Position numbers and translations under genes: made by a program. Shown piece after piece: positions 37,209 to 49,474 of a stretch of 64,000 nt of DNA (positions within the stretch are counted from its first letter, which is position 1; every line of letters begins with the position of its first letter). The notes under the pieces are model-generated. The model saw only the letters and a program-made list of their open reading frames with translations, did no database searches and had not been told where the DNA came from. The DNA is from Mobula hypostoma (taxonomy: Eukaryota), in NCBI RefSeq assembly GCF_963921235.1, contig NC_086097.1, positions 11,718,001 through 11,782,000 on the forward strand. Reading direction: 5' to 3'.

Positions 37209-37714
37209 ATGTGGTTAGAAAATTATTGCATTCTTTTTAAGATCAGTTTCTTCCACACTGTCATCAGATTACTGAATGGACAATGAACCCATGTACACTA
37301 CCTCACTGTTTTTCTTTTTTGCTCTAATTTTGCACTACTCATTTATTTATATATATCTTTCTTATTGTAATTTATAGTTTTGTTATTTTTGTGTATTGCA
37401 ACCTGCTGCAAATGGAAAACATATTTCATGACAGATGCCAGTGATATTAAATCCGATTCTGGTTCTTTTGTCTATGTTTTCATTCTCCCACTGTTCCCAT
37501 TCACTCATTGACCAGATAACATTAGTTATCTCCATGGTCACCACAGCTTTATTGATGACGTTTCCTCAACACCCCCACCCTCCCTGCAGTTTAACAAGTT
37601 TCCTGTGTCTCTTTTTCAGTTCTGACAAAGGGTTTTCAAACAGAAATGTTATCTCTGTTTCTCTTCAGAAGCTATGATTAAAATAAGAGATGTAATATAT
37701 ACTTCATATTTTAT

Positions 37715-37965
37715 TTCTTTTTTCTTTAGAGATACAGTGTGGAAGAGGCCTGACCAGCAAAATGAGCCACTTAACTCAACAGCTCACTGATTTAACCCTA
37801 GCTTAATCACAGGACCATTTACAATGTCCAATTAACCTCCTAATCAGTACAGGTTTGGACGGTGGGAGCTCCCGGAGGAAACCTGTACAGTCATGGAGAG
37901 GTTGTTCAAACTCCAAACTCTGATGCAGCGAGCTGTAACAGCATCGTGCTGCTATCCTACCATGG
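37715..37965 (-). mobile_element. V-SINE, decayed
   Basis: Similar to 15440-15703. Confidence 0.55.
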
Positions 37966-38572
37966 TGCCCCAAACTCGGAAAAGGTATTTATTAAAACAG
38001 TCTACAGCAAATTCAGTGTTTCACACAATTCCCACCGAAGTCCAATGAAACCCTCTGCAAAGTGCCTTTTTTGTGGTGACTCACTTAGCTAAGCCTTCCC
38101 CTAGCATGCTTCAAACATTCAGTAAGTTTCTTCAGAAGCAGTCGAAGAGAAAAGTGTTTCTTTTCAAGAATTGTTGTACAATTAGTAAAAGCAAATACTA
38201 TAACTTAGACCTATCGATAATTAGCTTAACCCGAGCAATTTGTACACGTTTATAGGCGTCTTTGGAGCTTTCAGGAAGTTCATCTCCCTATTATCCTTTT
38301 ATCCTTCCTGACACCTTCTTTCCAGCATAAAACTCTTCCAAAAGATGTTAATGGTAGTGTCACATGCAAAATTCACCTGCTGTGAGATGTTCAACCTCAC
38401 TGGTCTGAGAAATGACAATTTTTATTTATTCACAGTGTAACCAGCTTCTGCTAACCATATTTCTGTTGAAACTCTGCTACTTAAAGGGACAGGTTTTGTG
38501 ACCTACCTTGACGCTAATCGCAACCTTGTGAATGTTACTTGATTGCGTTGTTCATGGAGGTCCACTCCCTGT

Positions 38573-39325
38573 AACACACACAAAATGTTGGAGGAACTCA
38601 GCAGGCCAGGCAGCAACTAGGAAAAGAGTACAGTCGACATTTTAAGCCAAAACCCTTCGGCAGGACTGGAGAAAAAAAAGCGGAGGAGTATATTTAAAAG
38701 CTGGGAAGCATGGAGAGAGAAACACAAGGGGTAGGGGTGAAGTAAAGAGCTGGGAAGTAAACTGGTGAAAGAGTCAGAAGGCCATGCAAGAAAGAAATAG
38801 CAGGAGGAGCACCGGAGGGAGGCAATGGGCGGGTAAGGAGATAAGGTGAGAGAAGGAAAAGGGGATAGAAACATAGAAACATAGAAAATAGGTGCAGGAG
38901 TAGGCCATTCGGCCCTTCGAGCCTGCACCGCCATTTATTATGATCATGGCTGATCATCCAACTCAGAACCCAGCCTTCCCTCCATACCCCCTGACCCCTG
39001 TAGCCACAAGGGCCAACGAGATGGAGGTGTGGGGGGGGGGGCACTGTCGGAAGTTCGAGAAATCGATGTTCATGCCATCAGGTTGGAGGCTGCCCAAACG
39101 GAATATAAGGTGTTGTTCCTCCAACCTAGGTGTGGCCTCATCACGACAGTGGGGGAGGCCATGGTTAGACATATCGGAATGAGAATGGGAAGGGGAATTG
39201 AAATGGGTGGCCACTGGGTGGCTCCAGTGTATCGGTGAGACCCGACGTAGATCAGGACACCGCTTTGCTGAGCACTTATGCTCCATCCGCCAGAAAATGT
39301 GGGATCTCCCAGTGGCCACCCATTT
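38573..39325 (-). mobile_element. Penelope-like element with 5' inversion and nested CR1 tail (approx. 38866-39015)
   Basis: ORF 38963-39364 has the GIY-YIG C-terminus; 39219-39325 carries the upstream IGETRRR..RFAEHL on the plus strand. Confidence 0.85.
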
Positions 39326-40519
39326 TAGTGTCCAGGAAATACAGGGGTCTAAGGATACACACACAACATTTTAGGAACAGTATTTTCCTCTCCTTCATCA
39401 GATTTTTTGAATGAACAAAGAACACTACCTCACTATTTTTGCTCTCCTTTTGCACCGTCGATTTAAATTAATTTGAATTTCTAACACTTGAAGCACATTT
39501 AAATTCTACACAAGACTTCATACATAATATACTGCTGCTGCAAAACAACAAATTTCATGGCATACGTCAGTGATAGTAACCTCATTCTGATTCTGATTCT
39601 ACTGTTCTTTATTTTTATATTATTCAGGGATACAATGTAGAACAGGCCATTCCATCCCAACAAAGCAGACCGCCCAGTATCCAACTGATATGACCCTGGC
39701 CTAATCACGTGATTAATTATCAACCTGTCAAGGTCCTTTTGACAACTCCCCTCATCTATCATTATAGTATTCATTCAGTGGCAATACAACTGGAAGAGGG
39801 TAGCTTGAAGTGTGCTTTTATATTGTGAAGTGTCCCTTTAAGAATTGGACGCAGAAATTACTTTTGCTGGGAGACAATGAGCTGTGAGAACTTACAGCAT
39901 AACAAGAGTGGGTGCCATGGTTCCAAAGTGCCATGGTGCCATGTAGGAGATCAGGTTCAGGGAACCTAAGTAATGCTGCTCTGTGAATCTTCCAACTGAA
40001 GGTGTTGGTCCACTGAGCATATCTACAAGTAGCGCTGTTGCAGGAAAGCAGCATCCATCATCAGGGACCCCCAGCCTACAGGCCATGCTCTCTTCTCACT
40101 GCTGCCATCAGGAAGGAGAGACAGGAGCCTTGGGATCCACATCACCAGTTTCAGGAACAGTTATTACCTCTCAACCATCGGGCTTTTTGAACCAGAGGGG
40201 ATAGCCACTCAACTTCACTCACCCCATCACCAAACTGCTCTCTCAACCTTCGGACTCAATTACAACGTCTCTAGACTTCATGTTCTTGATACTTATTTAT
40301 CTATCTATCTATCAATTTGTAATTACTGTCTTATTTATTTATCTATCTATCTATCTGTATTTACTGTCTTATTTATTTATCTGTCTGTTTGTATTTACTG
40401 TTTTTTGCACGTTGATTGTTTGTCCACCTTTGTTGTGTGTGGTTTTTCACTGATTCTGCTGGGTTTATTTTCTATTTACTGCGAATTCAGACAAGAAAAT
40501 GTATCTTCGTATAGTATTT

Positions 40520-40810
40520 ATTTTAGTAGTGATACAGTGCAGAGTATGCTCTTCTGGCCCCTCATGCGACAACACTCCAACAACACCGATAAAGCTGATT
40601 AACTCTACCCTAATCATGGGATAACTTACTATGACCAATTAATCTACTCGGTACGTCTTTGGACTGTGGTAGGAATCTGAAGCACCAGGGGAAAAGCCAC
40701 ACATTCCCTGGGGAGAATGTACAATCTTTTTACAGATGGCGCCAAATTGAACTGTGGACTGTGGAACGCCCTGAGCTCTAATAGCTAACCATATCGCTAA
40801 CAAGGTACCC
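40520..40810 (-). mobile_element. V-SINE, decayed
   Basis: tacgtctttggactgtggtaggaatctgaagcaccaggggaaaa core similar to the other V-SINE copies. Confidence 0.55.
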
Positions 40811-41033
40811 AAAAATGTTGTGTAAGGTGACGTACAGGATATGCACTTTGATAATAACTTCACTTTGAACTTTGAACTCTATGCACTTGTATACTGTAAC
40901 ACTGCACTTTAGGCCAGAAAGCATGAAGTAATATCAAGGCCTTTTAGGAAATCTTAATATTATTTTGAATTGTGGATTGAAAATGTTGCTGAGATATTCT
41001 TCTGTTTTTATGTTTATCAGCATAAGGTTAATA

Positions 41034-42700
41034 TCATAAGACATAGGAGCAGAACTAGGCCATTCAGCCCATCGAGTCTGCTCCACAATTCCATCGTGGC
41101 TGATCCCAGATCCCACTCAACCCCATACACCTGCCTTCTCACCATATCCTCTGATGTCCTGACCTATCAGTAAATGATCAACTTCCACCTTAAATATACA
41201 CACAGCCTTGGCCTCCACAGCAGTCTGTGGCAGAGCATTCCACAGATTTACTTCTCCATGGCTAAAGAAGTTCCTTCTTACTTTTGTTCTAAAGGGTCGT
41301 CCCTCAATTTGGAGGCTGTACCCTCTAGTTCTGGATACCCCCAGCATAGGAAACATCTTCTCCACATCTACCCTATCTGGTCCTTTCAACATTCGGTACG
41401 TTTCAATGAAATAACCCTGCATTCTTCTAAATTCCAGTGAGTGTAGGCCCAAAGCTGCCAAACACTCCTTATATTTTAACCCCTTCGTTTCTGGAGTCAC
41501 CCTCGTGAACATCCTCTGGCCTCTCCAATGACAAAACATCCTTTCTGAGAAATGCAGCCCAAATCTGTTGCAATACTCTAGGTGTGGCCTGACTAGCGTC
41601 TTATAGAGGCTCAGCATTATCTCCTTACTTTCATATTCTATTCCCCTTGAAATAAATGCCAACATTGCATTTGCCTTCTTTACCACAGACTCAACCTACA
41701 ACTAACCTTCAAGGATTCTTGCACAAGGACTCCAAAATCCCACTGCACCTCTGATGTTTGAATCTTCTGCCCACTTAGATACTAGTCCACACTATTGTTT
41801 CTTTTACCAAAATGAATTATCATACATTTCCCAACACTGTATTCCATCTGCCAATTTTTCGTCCATTTTTCCAATTTGTCTAAGTCCTGCTGCAATAGCA
41901 TTGCTTCTCAGCAGCCAACCAGAAAAGGCCCCTTTTATTCCCACTCACTGCCTATCAGTCAATCCACTATCTATACCAGTATTTTTCCTGTAACACCATA
42001 GGATTTTATCTTGTTAAGCAGCCTCATGTGTGGCACCTTATCAAATGCCTTCTGGAAATCCAATTAATGACATCCACTGCCTCTCCTTTGTCCACCCTGC
42101 TTGTTACTTCCATGAAGAACTCCAACAGATTTTGCAGGCGAGATTTTGCTTTACACAAGCCATGCTGACTTTGATTTATTTTATCATTAGTCTTCAAGTA
42201 CCCTGAAACTTCATCCTTAGTAATAGACTGCAACACTTTCCCAACCACTAAGGCTAGGCTAAGAGGCCTATAATTTCCTTTCTTTTGTCTTCCTCCCTTT
42301 AAAAGAGTGGAATGACATTTACAATCTTCCAGTTCTCCAGCGCCATACCAGAATGAAGTGATCCTTGAACGATCATGACCAATGCATCCGTTATCTCTAC
42401 TACATCTCTCAGGACTCTGGGATGTAGTCCATCTGGCCCAGGTGACTTATCCACTTTAAGACCTTTGAACTTGCCTAGCAGTTTTTCCTTTCTAGTAGCA
42501 ATGGCACTCACTCCTGCTCCCTGATGCTCACAGGCCTCTGGCACACTGCTAGTGTCTTCCAAGGTGAAGCCAGATGCAAAGTACACATTAAGTTCATCTG
42601 CCATTTCTTAGTCCCACTTTACTACCTCACCAGCATCATTTTCCAATAGTCCAATATTAACTCTCACCTCCCTTTTACACTTCATATAACTGAAAAATCT
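41034..42700 (-). mobile_element. CR1 LINE 3' portion, decayed
   Basis: ORFs 42299-42604 (DKSPGPDGLHPRVL), 42024-42248, 41117-41686 (LVRPHLEYC). Confidence 0.85.
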
Positions 42701-42709
42701 TTTGATCTC

Positions 42710-44260
42710 CTACGTTTCTACCAAAGGAGGTGTAAGGTGCTCCTTCCCTCCGATAGTCTGCAGGTCACCCTTGCACAAGGTGTAGCACCAGCTTAGCATG
42801 CATCCCCCTCCAGATCAGGGTTACGTCAAGCTATGGGAGCATTGAATTGAATTGACTTTATTACTTACATTCTTCAAATACATGAGGAGTAAAAATCTTT
42901 ACATCTCCGATAAAAATGTGCAATGTGCAATTTATAGTAATTTGTAATACATAGTATGTACAACAGGACAGTCAATATAGCACAGAAATACAATTGTATC
43001 GGCATGAATTAATCAGTCTGATGGCCTGGAAGGCGAAGCTATCCCGGAGCCTGTTGGTCCTGGCTTTTATGCTGCGGTACTGTTTCCCAGAAGGTAGCAG
43101 CTGGAATAGTTTGTGGTTGGGGTGACTTGAGTCCCCAATGATCCTTCGGACCCTTTTTACACACCTGTCTTTGTAAATGTCATGAATAGTGGGAAGTTCA
43201 CATCTACAGATGCGCTGGGCTGTCTGCACCACTCTCTGCAGAGTCCTACGATTGAGGGAAGTGCAGTTCCCATACCAGGCAGTGATGCAGCCAGTCAGGA
43301 TGATCTCAATTGTGCCCCTGTAGAAAGTCCTTAGGATTTGGGGGCCCATACCAAACTTCTTTAACCGTCTGAGGTGAAAGAGACACTGTTGTGCTTTTTT
43401 CACCACACCCTGTGAAATCGTCGGTGATGTGTATGCCAAGGAACTTAAAACTGTTCACCCTCTCAAACACAGATCCATTGATGTCAATAGGGGTTAGCCT
43501 GCCTCCATTACTCCTGTAGTCTACAACCAGGTACTTTGTTTTTGTAACATTGACGGAAAGGTTGTTTTCTTGACACCACTGTATCAGGGTGATGACTTCT
43601 TCTCTGTAGGCCACCTCACTATTATTTGAGATAAGGCCAATCAATGTAGTATCGTCAGCAAATTTAATTAGCAGATTGAAGCTGTGGGGAGGGGGCGACA
43701 CATTCATAAGTATACAGAGAGTAAAGGAGGGGGCTTAGGTCACAACCCTGAGGGGCACCTGTGTCATGGGTCAGAGGGGCAGAGGAGAGGGAGCCCACTC
43801 TTACCACCTGCCGGTGATCTGACAGGAAATCCAGGATCCAGCTGCACAAGGCAGGGTGAAGTGAGAAGTCCCTGACCATCTTGTTGAGCCTGGAGAGAAT
43901 TATGGTGTTGGATGCTGAACTGTGGTCCAAGGATTCTCATGCATCCTCACATAAGCACCCCTCTTCTCCATGTGCGTAAGGACAGTGTGTAGAGCTGTGG
44001 CTAATGGGTCATCTGTCAGGTGGTAGATGGTTGTACGAACAGCTGGTCCATCTCACAAATCCTGGTTCTGCAAACGTTGACATGAAGCAGACAATCTCTG
44101 AAGAGTATTGATAATGGTTGGGATCTCGTGTTTCATAAAGACACTGCCAAGGAGAAGGTAACGGCAAACCACTTCCGGAGAAAAATTTACCAAAAACAAT
44201 CTTGGTCATGGAAAGACCATGATCACCCAAGTTGTACAACACGGCACAGAATGAACGAAT
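42710..44260 (+). mobile_element. RTE-related SINE-like element split by Rex1 (pieces 42710-42841 and 44017-44260)
   Basis: Both pieces align in order with 17550-17935. Confidence 0.7.
42842..44016 (-). mobile_element. Rex1/Babar LINE RT 3' part
   Basis: TGAPQGC.LSPLLYSLYT, IKFADDTT, WCQENNLS, FHLRRLKKFG; (ttcaa)n tail. Confidence 0.9.
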
Positions 44261-44351
44261 GCACATAAGAACTGGGTTGAGGGGAAAAATGAATCAGCCA
44301 TGAATGAAAGGCAGAGCAGACTCAATGGGCTGAATAGCCTAATTCTGCTTC

Positions 44352-44481
44352 TTTTTTTTTGTAATTTGTTTTTTATTGAATTTCATCATCAAACAAACAT
44401 TTCTATAAGATGTATTTCAGATACTGTAAATATATATCAAATAATCATATTTGTCACCAATCTCCACATAATATTTATCTG
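44352..44481 (-). mobile_element. L1 3' UTR/polyA fragment
   Basis: Reverse complement of approx. 5808-5935. Confidence 0.75.
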
Positions 44482-44617
44482 TTAATGTTTTAGGAACAGC
44501 TTCTTCCCCTTTGCAATTAGATTTCTGAAAATCAACAAATGAACAAATATACCATATATATATTATATTTATAATTTATTATTGTAATTTATAGTTTTTT
44601 TTATTGTTAGGTATTGT

Positions 44618-45144
44618 CCTGTGGGGTGTATGGGGTGTTTAGGGGAGGGGTAGAACCTCTGGTGAGGGGGGCCTGCCATGCACTTTTTCAGGACAGCTCG
44701 TCCACCTTTGGTCCCCACCTGGCGCTCAGCTCTCACCTGTGGCTCCAAGTAGCTGTAGCATGCGCAGTGGCCACACCCCGGTAAACCGTCTCGGCAGACG
44801 GGCCAAACCAGGTGAGGGTAGCTGACGGGTCTTCGACCTTCGGTGAGGTAGGGGATTTGCCTGTTCCAGAGTGTGAAGTCTGGCCATAACAGATTGAGCG
44901 GAAGAGTCCAATTGGTGGTCCAACGTTCAAGGAGGCAGTCCAGGTGGAGCGCTAAGAACACGACAAGGCACTTAGACGTCCTGGTCATCCACTGCAAGAG
45001 GTGGTGATCTCTTTAAACTCACCCAGCAGAAGGCAAAGGCAAACCACTGCTGTAACCTGCCATGAGCATGATGTCCCAATATGTCAGAGTGGCGAGGAGG
45101 GAAATCATCCGCCAAATGGAAATTCCAGATGCGACCTAATGACG
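44618..45144 (+). mobile_element. Short non-autonomous RTE-derived element (5' UTR joined to 3' end)
   Basis: Interrupts a Rex1-type UTR with attgt on both sides (44613-44617, 45145-45149); GC-rich structured 5' region; gaaggcaaaggcaaaccact motif; no ORF. Confidence 0.65.
44623..44818 (+). ncRNA. Candidate HDV-like self-cleaving ribozyme
   Basis: P1 GGGGTGT/ACACCCC, P2 CTCACCTGT/AC(C)AGGTGAG, P3 GGC/GCC, P1.1 CC/GG, P4 CCGTCT/AGACGG, J4/2 G-C-C-A-A, all in the correct order. Confidence 0.6.
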
Positions 45145-45224
45145 ATTGTGCTATACTGCTGCCACAAAACAACAAGTTTCATGACCATTGCCACTGATAT
45201 TAAAACTGATTCTGATTCTGAAGC

Positions 45225-45765
45225 AAGGCATAGATTAGAGCAACAAACTCCTGATTTTCTTCTTTGGTAGTTGACAACATTTTGGCATCAACATCAATTT
45301 CTCTAACTTCTGGTAACATCTTTCCACTGTTACCACCCACCCCCCCCAAATTGTTTTTCCTTATCCCACGGTTCCCATTAACCCTTCTCTTTTTCCTCCC
45401 TTGCCCTCTCAACCAGCCTATCATCCACTAATTCCTCCCTCTGGTACCACTCCTCACCTCCTTCCCTTTATTCCATGGTCCACTGCCCTCTCCTATCAGA
45501 TTCAACCCTTTGTAACTTCCACCAATCACCTCTCAGCTTCTTTAATGATTCCCAGTACCTCTCCCTCACCTGGCTAACATCTCCCTCTCATCTGGATCCA
45601 CCTATCACCCACCAGCTCTTTCTCCAACCCTCTGCCTCAGCTTTAATTCTAGCTATTTCCCTTCTTTCCTTCCAGTCCTGGTGAAGGGTCTGGACCTGAA
45701 ATATTGACTGTTTATTTCCCTCCACAGGTGCTGCCTGACCTGTTGAATTCCTCCAGCATTTAGTG
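45225..45765 (+). mobile_element. Penelope 3' part, decayed
   Basis: RLEQQ.LIF..G....GINI.FSNF remnant; decayed hammerhead at 45673-45710. Confidence 0.7.
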
Positions 45766-46391
45766 AGATGCTAGAGTGGTAAAGTTCTTCTTGTTATAAT
45801 TTCTAAAATCAGGGGTCACAGTCTCAGCATAAAACGTCAACTATTCAGTGCTGGACTAAGAAGAAATTATTTCACTCATCCTTGGATTTTGCTACCTAAG
45901 AGAGTTGGGGAGCTTCATTTGCAATATAAAAATGCTTTTGGATATTAATGGACTGAAGGAATATGAGGTTAATGGAGCAAATGGCTCTGAGGTAAAATAT
46001 CAGCAATACTGGATGAATTATTGACACAAATACACTCAGTGGCCACTTTATTAGGTACGCCTGTACACCTGCACATTAATGCAAATATCTAATCAGACAA
46101 TTATGTAACAGCAACTGAACGCATAAAAGAAATGCAAACATGGTCAAGTAGTTCAGTTGTTGTTCAAACCAAACTTCAGAATGAAGAAGAAATTTGATCA
46201 AAGTGACTTTGACTGTAGAATGATTGCTGGTGCCAGACAGAGTGGTTTGAGTATCTCTGAGTTCAAACTAAATTTATTATCAAATTACATATACATCACC
46301 ATATACAACCCTGATATTAATTTTCTTGCTAGAGTAATGCACTATCACATGGTTCATATTTTTTCTCTGTTATGCTTTTCTGTTCTCTGTG

Positions 46392-46680
46392 TGGGCACGA
46401 GGCCAAGTGGTTAAGGCATTTGACTAGTGATCTGAAGGTCGTGAGTTTGAGCCCCAGCCGAGGCAACGTGTTGTGTCCTTCAGCAAGGCACTTAATCACA
46501 CATTGCTCTGCAGTGACACTGGTGCCAAGCTGTATGGGTCCTAATGCCCTTCCCTTGGACAACATCGGTGTCATGAAGAGGGGAGACTTGCAGCATGGGC
46601 AACTGCTGGTCTTCCATACAACCTTGCCCAGGCCTGCGCCCTGGAGAGTGAAGACTTTCCAGGCGCAGATCCATGGTCTC
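46392..46680 (+). mobile_element. tRNA-derived SINE, 3'-truncated
   Basis: A box ggccaagtgg, B-box-like gagtttgagcc, tgtgtccttcagcaaggcacttaa core; same family as 60181-60488. Confidence 0.8.
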
Positions 46681-46684
46681 TCTG

Positions 46685-47199
46685 TGTAAGCTGCTTGTTT
46701 GGGTTACTGTTTTAAGATAAGAGATAGGAGAAATGTGTGCCATTCAATGGGTATGAACAGATTCAGGGGAGGTTTCTCTGGTGAGGGACACTAAGGTTGG
46801 GCTTGGGGCTTTTGAGAGGGGAGAAGAAAGAAGAGGGCGGAGAAGTCGACCCGGAGCAGGGCCATGATTTGGCGAAGCTTGGGGGGATCAAAGGAGGATG
46901 GGCGAAGGGGAAACCGTGAGCTCCAACTTGTGCACTTTAGACTGTTTCATTAAAATGGACCCTTTTCTTTTTTCGCTTTTTCTTTACTAACCCTGTAGTC
47001 AAATTAAGAATTATAAAGCTAAATCTTTTAATTGTATGCAGTGTACCGTCCGTTATTTCATGGCACTGATTTGTAACGGGGTAACAAATCATGCAGCAAA
47101 CGGGGATTTGTGGGGGCTTGCACTTCAATCTCCCACGTTTGGAAGGGCTGGAGGGTGTTTTCCCCAGACTTTCTCAGCCGATGCAACCAGAGTGTTACA
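46685..47199 (+). mobile_element. Solo LTR related to the Gypsy LTR at 59189-59770
   Basis: TG...CA ends; 46915-47085 closely resembles the reverse complement of 59305-59470. Confidence 0.75.
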
Positions 47200-47789
47200 C
47201 AGGTATCCACAGCACATACAGGAAACACAATAGAATCAGTGAAAGACAGCATCCAACAGGATAGACAAGAAGCAATGTGCATAAAAAACAGCAAACTGTG
47301 CAAGTACAAAAAGAAAGAGAAAAAAAAATAATAAGAAGAAGAAGGAATAAGCAATAAATATCGCAAACAGGAGGTGAAGAGCTCTTGAAAGTGAGTTCAG
47401 CTCACTTTCACGTGCTCACTTTGAAAGTGAAACTGCTGACCTCTTGGGATGTTCTCGGACAACAGTCTCGAGGGTTCACGGAAAATGGTGCAAAAAAAAA
47501 TCCAGTGAGCTGCAATTCAGTGAATGAAAATGCCTTATTGACGAGGTACGTCAGGGAAGAATGGCCGGGCGAGTTCAAGCTAACGAGAGGCGCCAGTAAC
47601 CATGCGTTACAACAGTGGTGTGCGAGAGTCACTCTGAATGCACGGCAAGTCAAATTTTGAAGCGGAAAGGCTGCAGAAGTGGTAGACCACCAACACACAC
47701 ATAGTGGCCACTTTTTTAGGTACAGGAAATACTTAACGAAGTGGCCACTGAGTGTAGCTGTCAACAGGCATGATCGGATTGTCATTAAT

Positions 47790-48200
47790 GTATTATACCT
47801 GTAGCATGAGCAAGGCTGGGATGTGAATATTCAGGCATTGACAACATTCAGAAAGATAAAACAAAATGGAAAAGAAAAAATGGTAGCGCTGTTAATAGGG
47901 AATAACATCAATACACTAATTAGACAGGTTCTTGACTCGCCAAATCATGATATAGAATTAGAATTGCTTTGGTTGGAGCTGAAAAGCAGTAGGGGGCAAA
48001 AAAAATGTTGATGGGAATTGCTTATAGGCCTCCAAGGAGCAATAGTGACATTGGATGCAGTTTCAGTGGAAATTAAAGGCACATGTAACAAGAATAATAT
48101 GGTAATCATGGGAGACTTTAATCTACGTATAGACCGGGCAAATCAAATTAGTTCTTAACAATGTGGAAAATGAAATCTTGGAACGTATACCAGACGGATT
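47790..48200 (+). mobile_element. CR1 apurinic endonuclease fragment
   Basis: LLWLELK, AYRPP, VIMGDFNL motifs. Confidence 0.7.
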
Positions 48201-48554
48201 CAGAGTCATAGCGTCATAGAGCCCTACAGCACAGAAACAGGCCCTTTGGCCCATTTAGCCTGTGCCGGATTATTATTCTGCCCAGAAAAAAAGCCAAGAT
48301 GGCGCTGGAAACCTGCAACTCTGTGCGTGCTCCGAAGGAAATCATCAGGTAATCCCGCTTAGGACCGCTACAGCTGAAATCCATAGTCATAGCTGTGGAT
48401 ACCTCAGAAGCCAGAAAACACATTGCAATGCGAACTGCAGACCAATCCACGATCCGTGTTGATTAAATCGTGCTTTGGTACCATCCTCCAAATTCATTGA
48501 GGGAAAGAGGGATTATGTGAATGCAGGGACTTTCCTCAGGAAGCAGCAAGCGAG

Positions 48555-48560
<6 letters not shown>

Positions 48561-48613
<53 letters not shown>
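48561..48613 (+). repeat. (GA)n microsatellite
   Basis: Perfect dinucleotide run. Confidence 0.95.
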
Positions 48614-48615
<2 letters not shown>

Positions 48616-48749
48616 TCACACATAAACTACTTCTCCGGGATCAGTGAATGAGAGACTGGCAGACTTTGTCAGTTTCTGGCTGCTCCGTTTAAAAAAAAAT
48701 GATTTAAAATAAACAAATAGTGTGAAAGAGGAATAACAGTGATAGCACA

Positions 48750-49030
48750 ATCACTCAAGTGGAGTATGATGCTCTCCTAATGTGTTGGTGGGTACTCGGA
48801 TGGCTGTAAAGGCTGATCCAGGATCCAGATATTCTGGTGCAGTGTGGACACATGCAAGTGGTGGCTGCGGTTAGTGTTGTGTCTTCTGGTTGTTCAGTCT
48901 CTCCTTTCGCAGCTTTCACTTGCTCTCTGCGGCACAGCTGGAGGTCAATCTCTTGTAGTGCAGCTCCCTCTTGAACAGATTTCTTCCTGATGCATCTATT
49001 GAGTACAACGTCTTCCCAGTTGATTCTGTT
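48750..49030 (-). mobile_element. RTE C-terminal fragment with zinc-finger motif
   Basis: CPHCTR...ISLYSH..TH in ORF 48755-49120, like the C2H2 tail of RTE ORFs. Confidence 0.55.
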
Positions 49031-49474
49031 TCTGAAGTTGTTTTCACAGAATAATAGGGGCTTGGAACTTGCTGCCAGGGGTGGTGATGAAAGCAGACGT
49101 GACAGTGGATTTAAAGGCATTCATACAGGCACAAAAAATGGAGGGTACTGATGTAGTATTCATGGGTTCATGGACTGTTCATAAATCTGATGGCAGAGAG
49201 GACGAAGCTGTTCCTAAAACACTCAGAGTGGATCTTCAGGCTCCTGTGCTGCAGATCTGCTTTAAACTTTCCCTCTCTCATCTTGCATCTATGAGCCCTT
49301 GCATTTGACTGAACAATGGAGATGAAGAGGAAAAAGAAGACTGCCAAGCCTGAAAATGTAAAATAAAAACTGAAAATGCTTCATGAAAGATCACCAGCTT
49401 CAAAAAATTAAATCTGTTTCTCTCTCCATAGATGCTGCTGAACAACTGAGTGCTTACAGCATTTCCTGATTTTA

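Larger units (their letters stand above)
46033..47754 (+). mobile_element. Tc1-like DNA transposon, non-autonomous, with nested inserts at approx. 46260-47430
   Basis: TA|CACTCAGTGGCCACTT ... AAGTGGCCACTGAGTG|TA; HTH remnant MIAGARQSGLSISE|TADLLGCSRTTVSRV rejoined across the insert. Confidence 0.85.

Noticed and set aside
39769..39800. Possible micro-exon (ag|TATTCATTCAGTGGC...|gt)
   Set aside because: Weak donor and no recognisable protein similarity.
48386..48396. gtcatagctgt resembling the M13 reverse primer site (vector contamination)
   Set aside because: Only 11 nt match and the flanks are not vector; consistent with chance.
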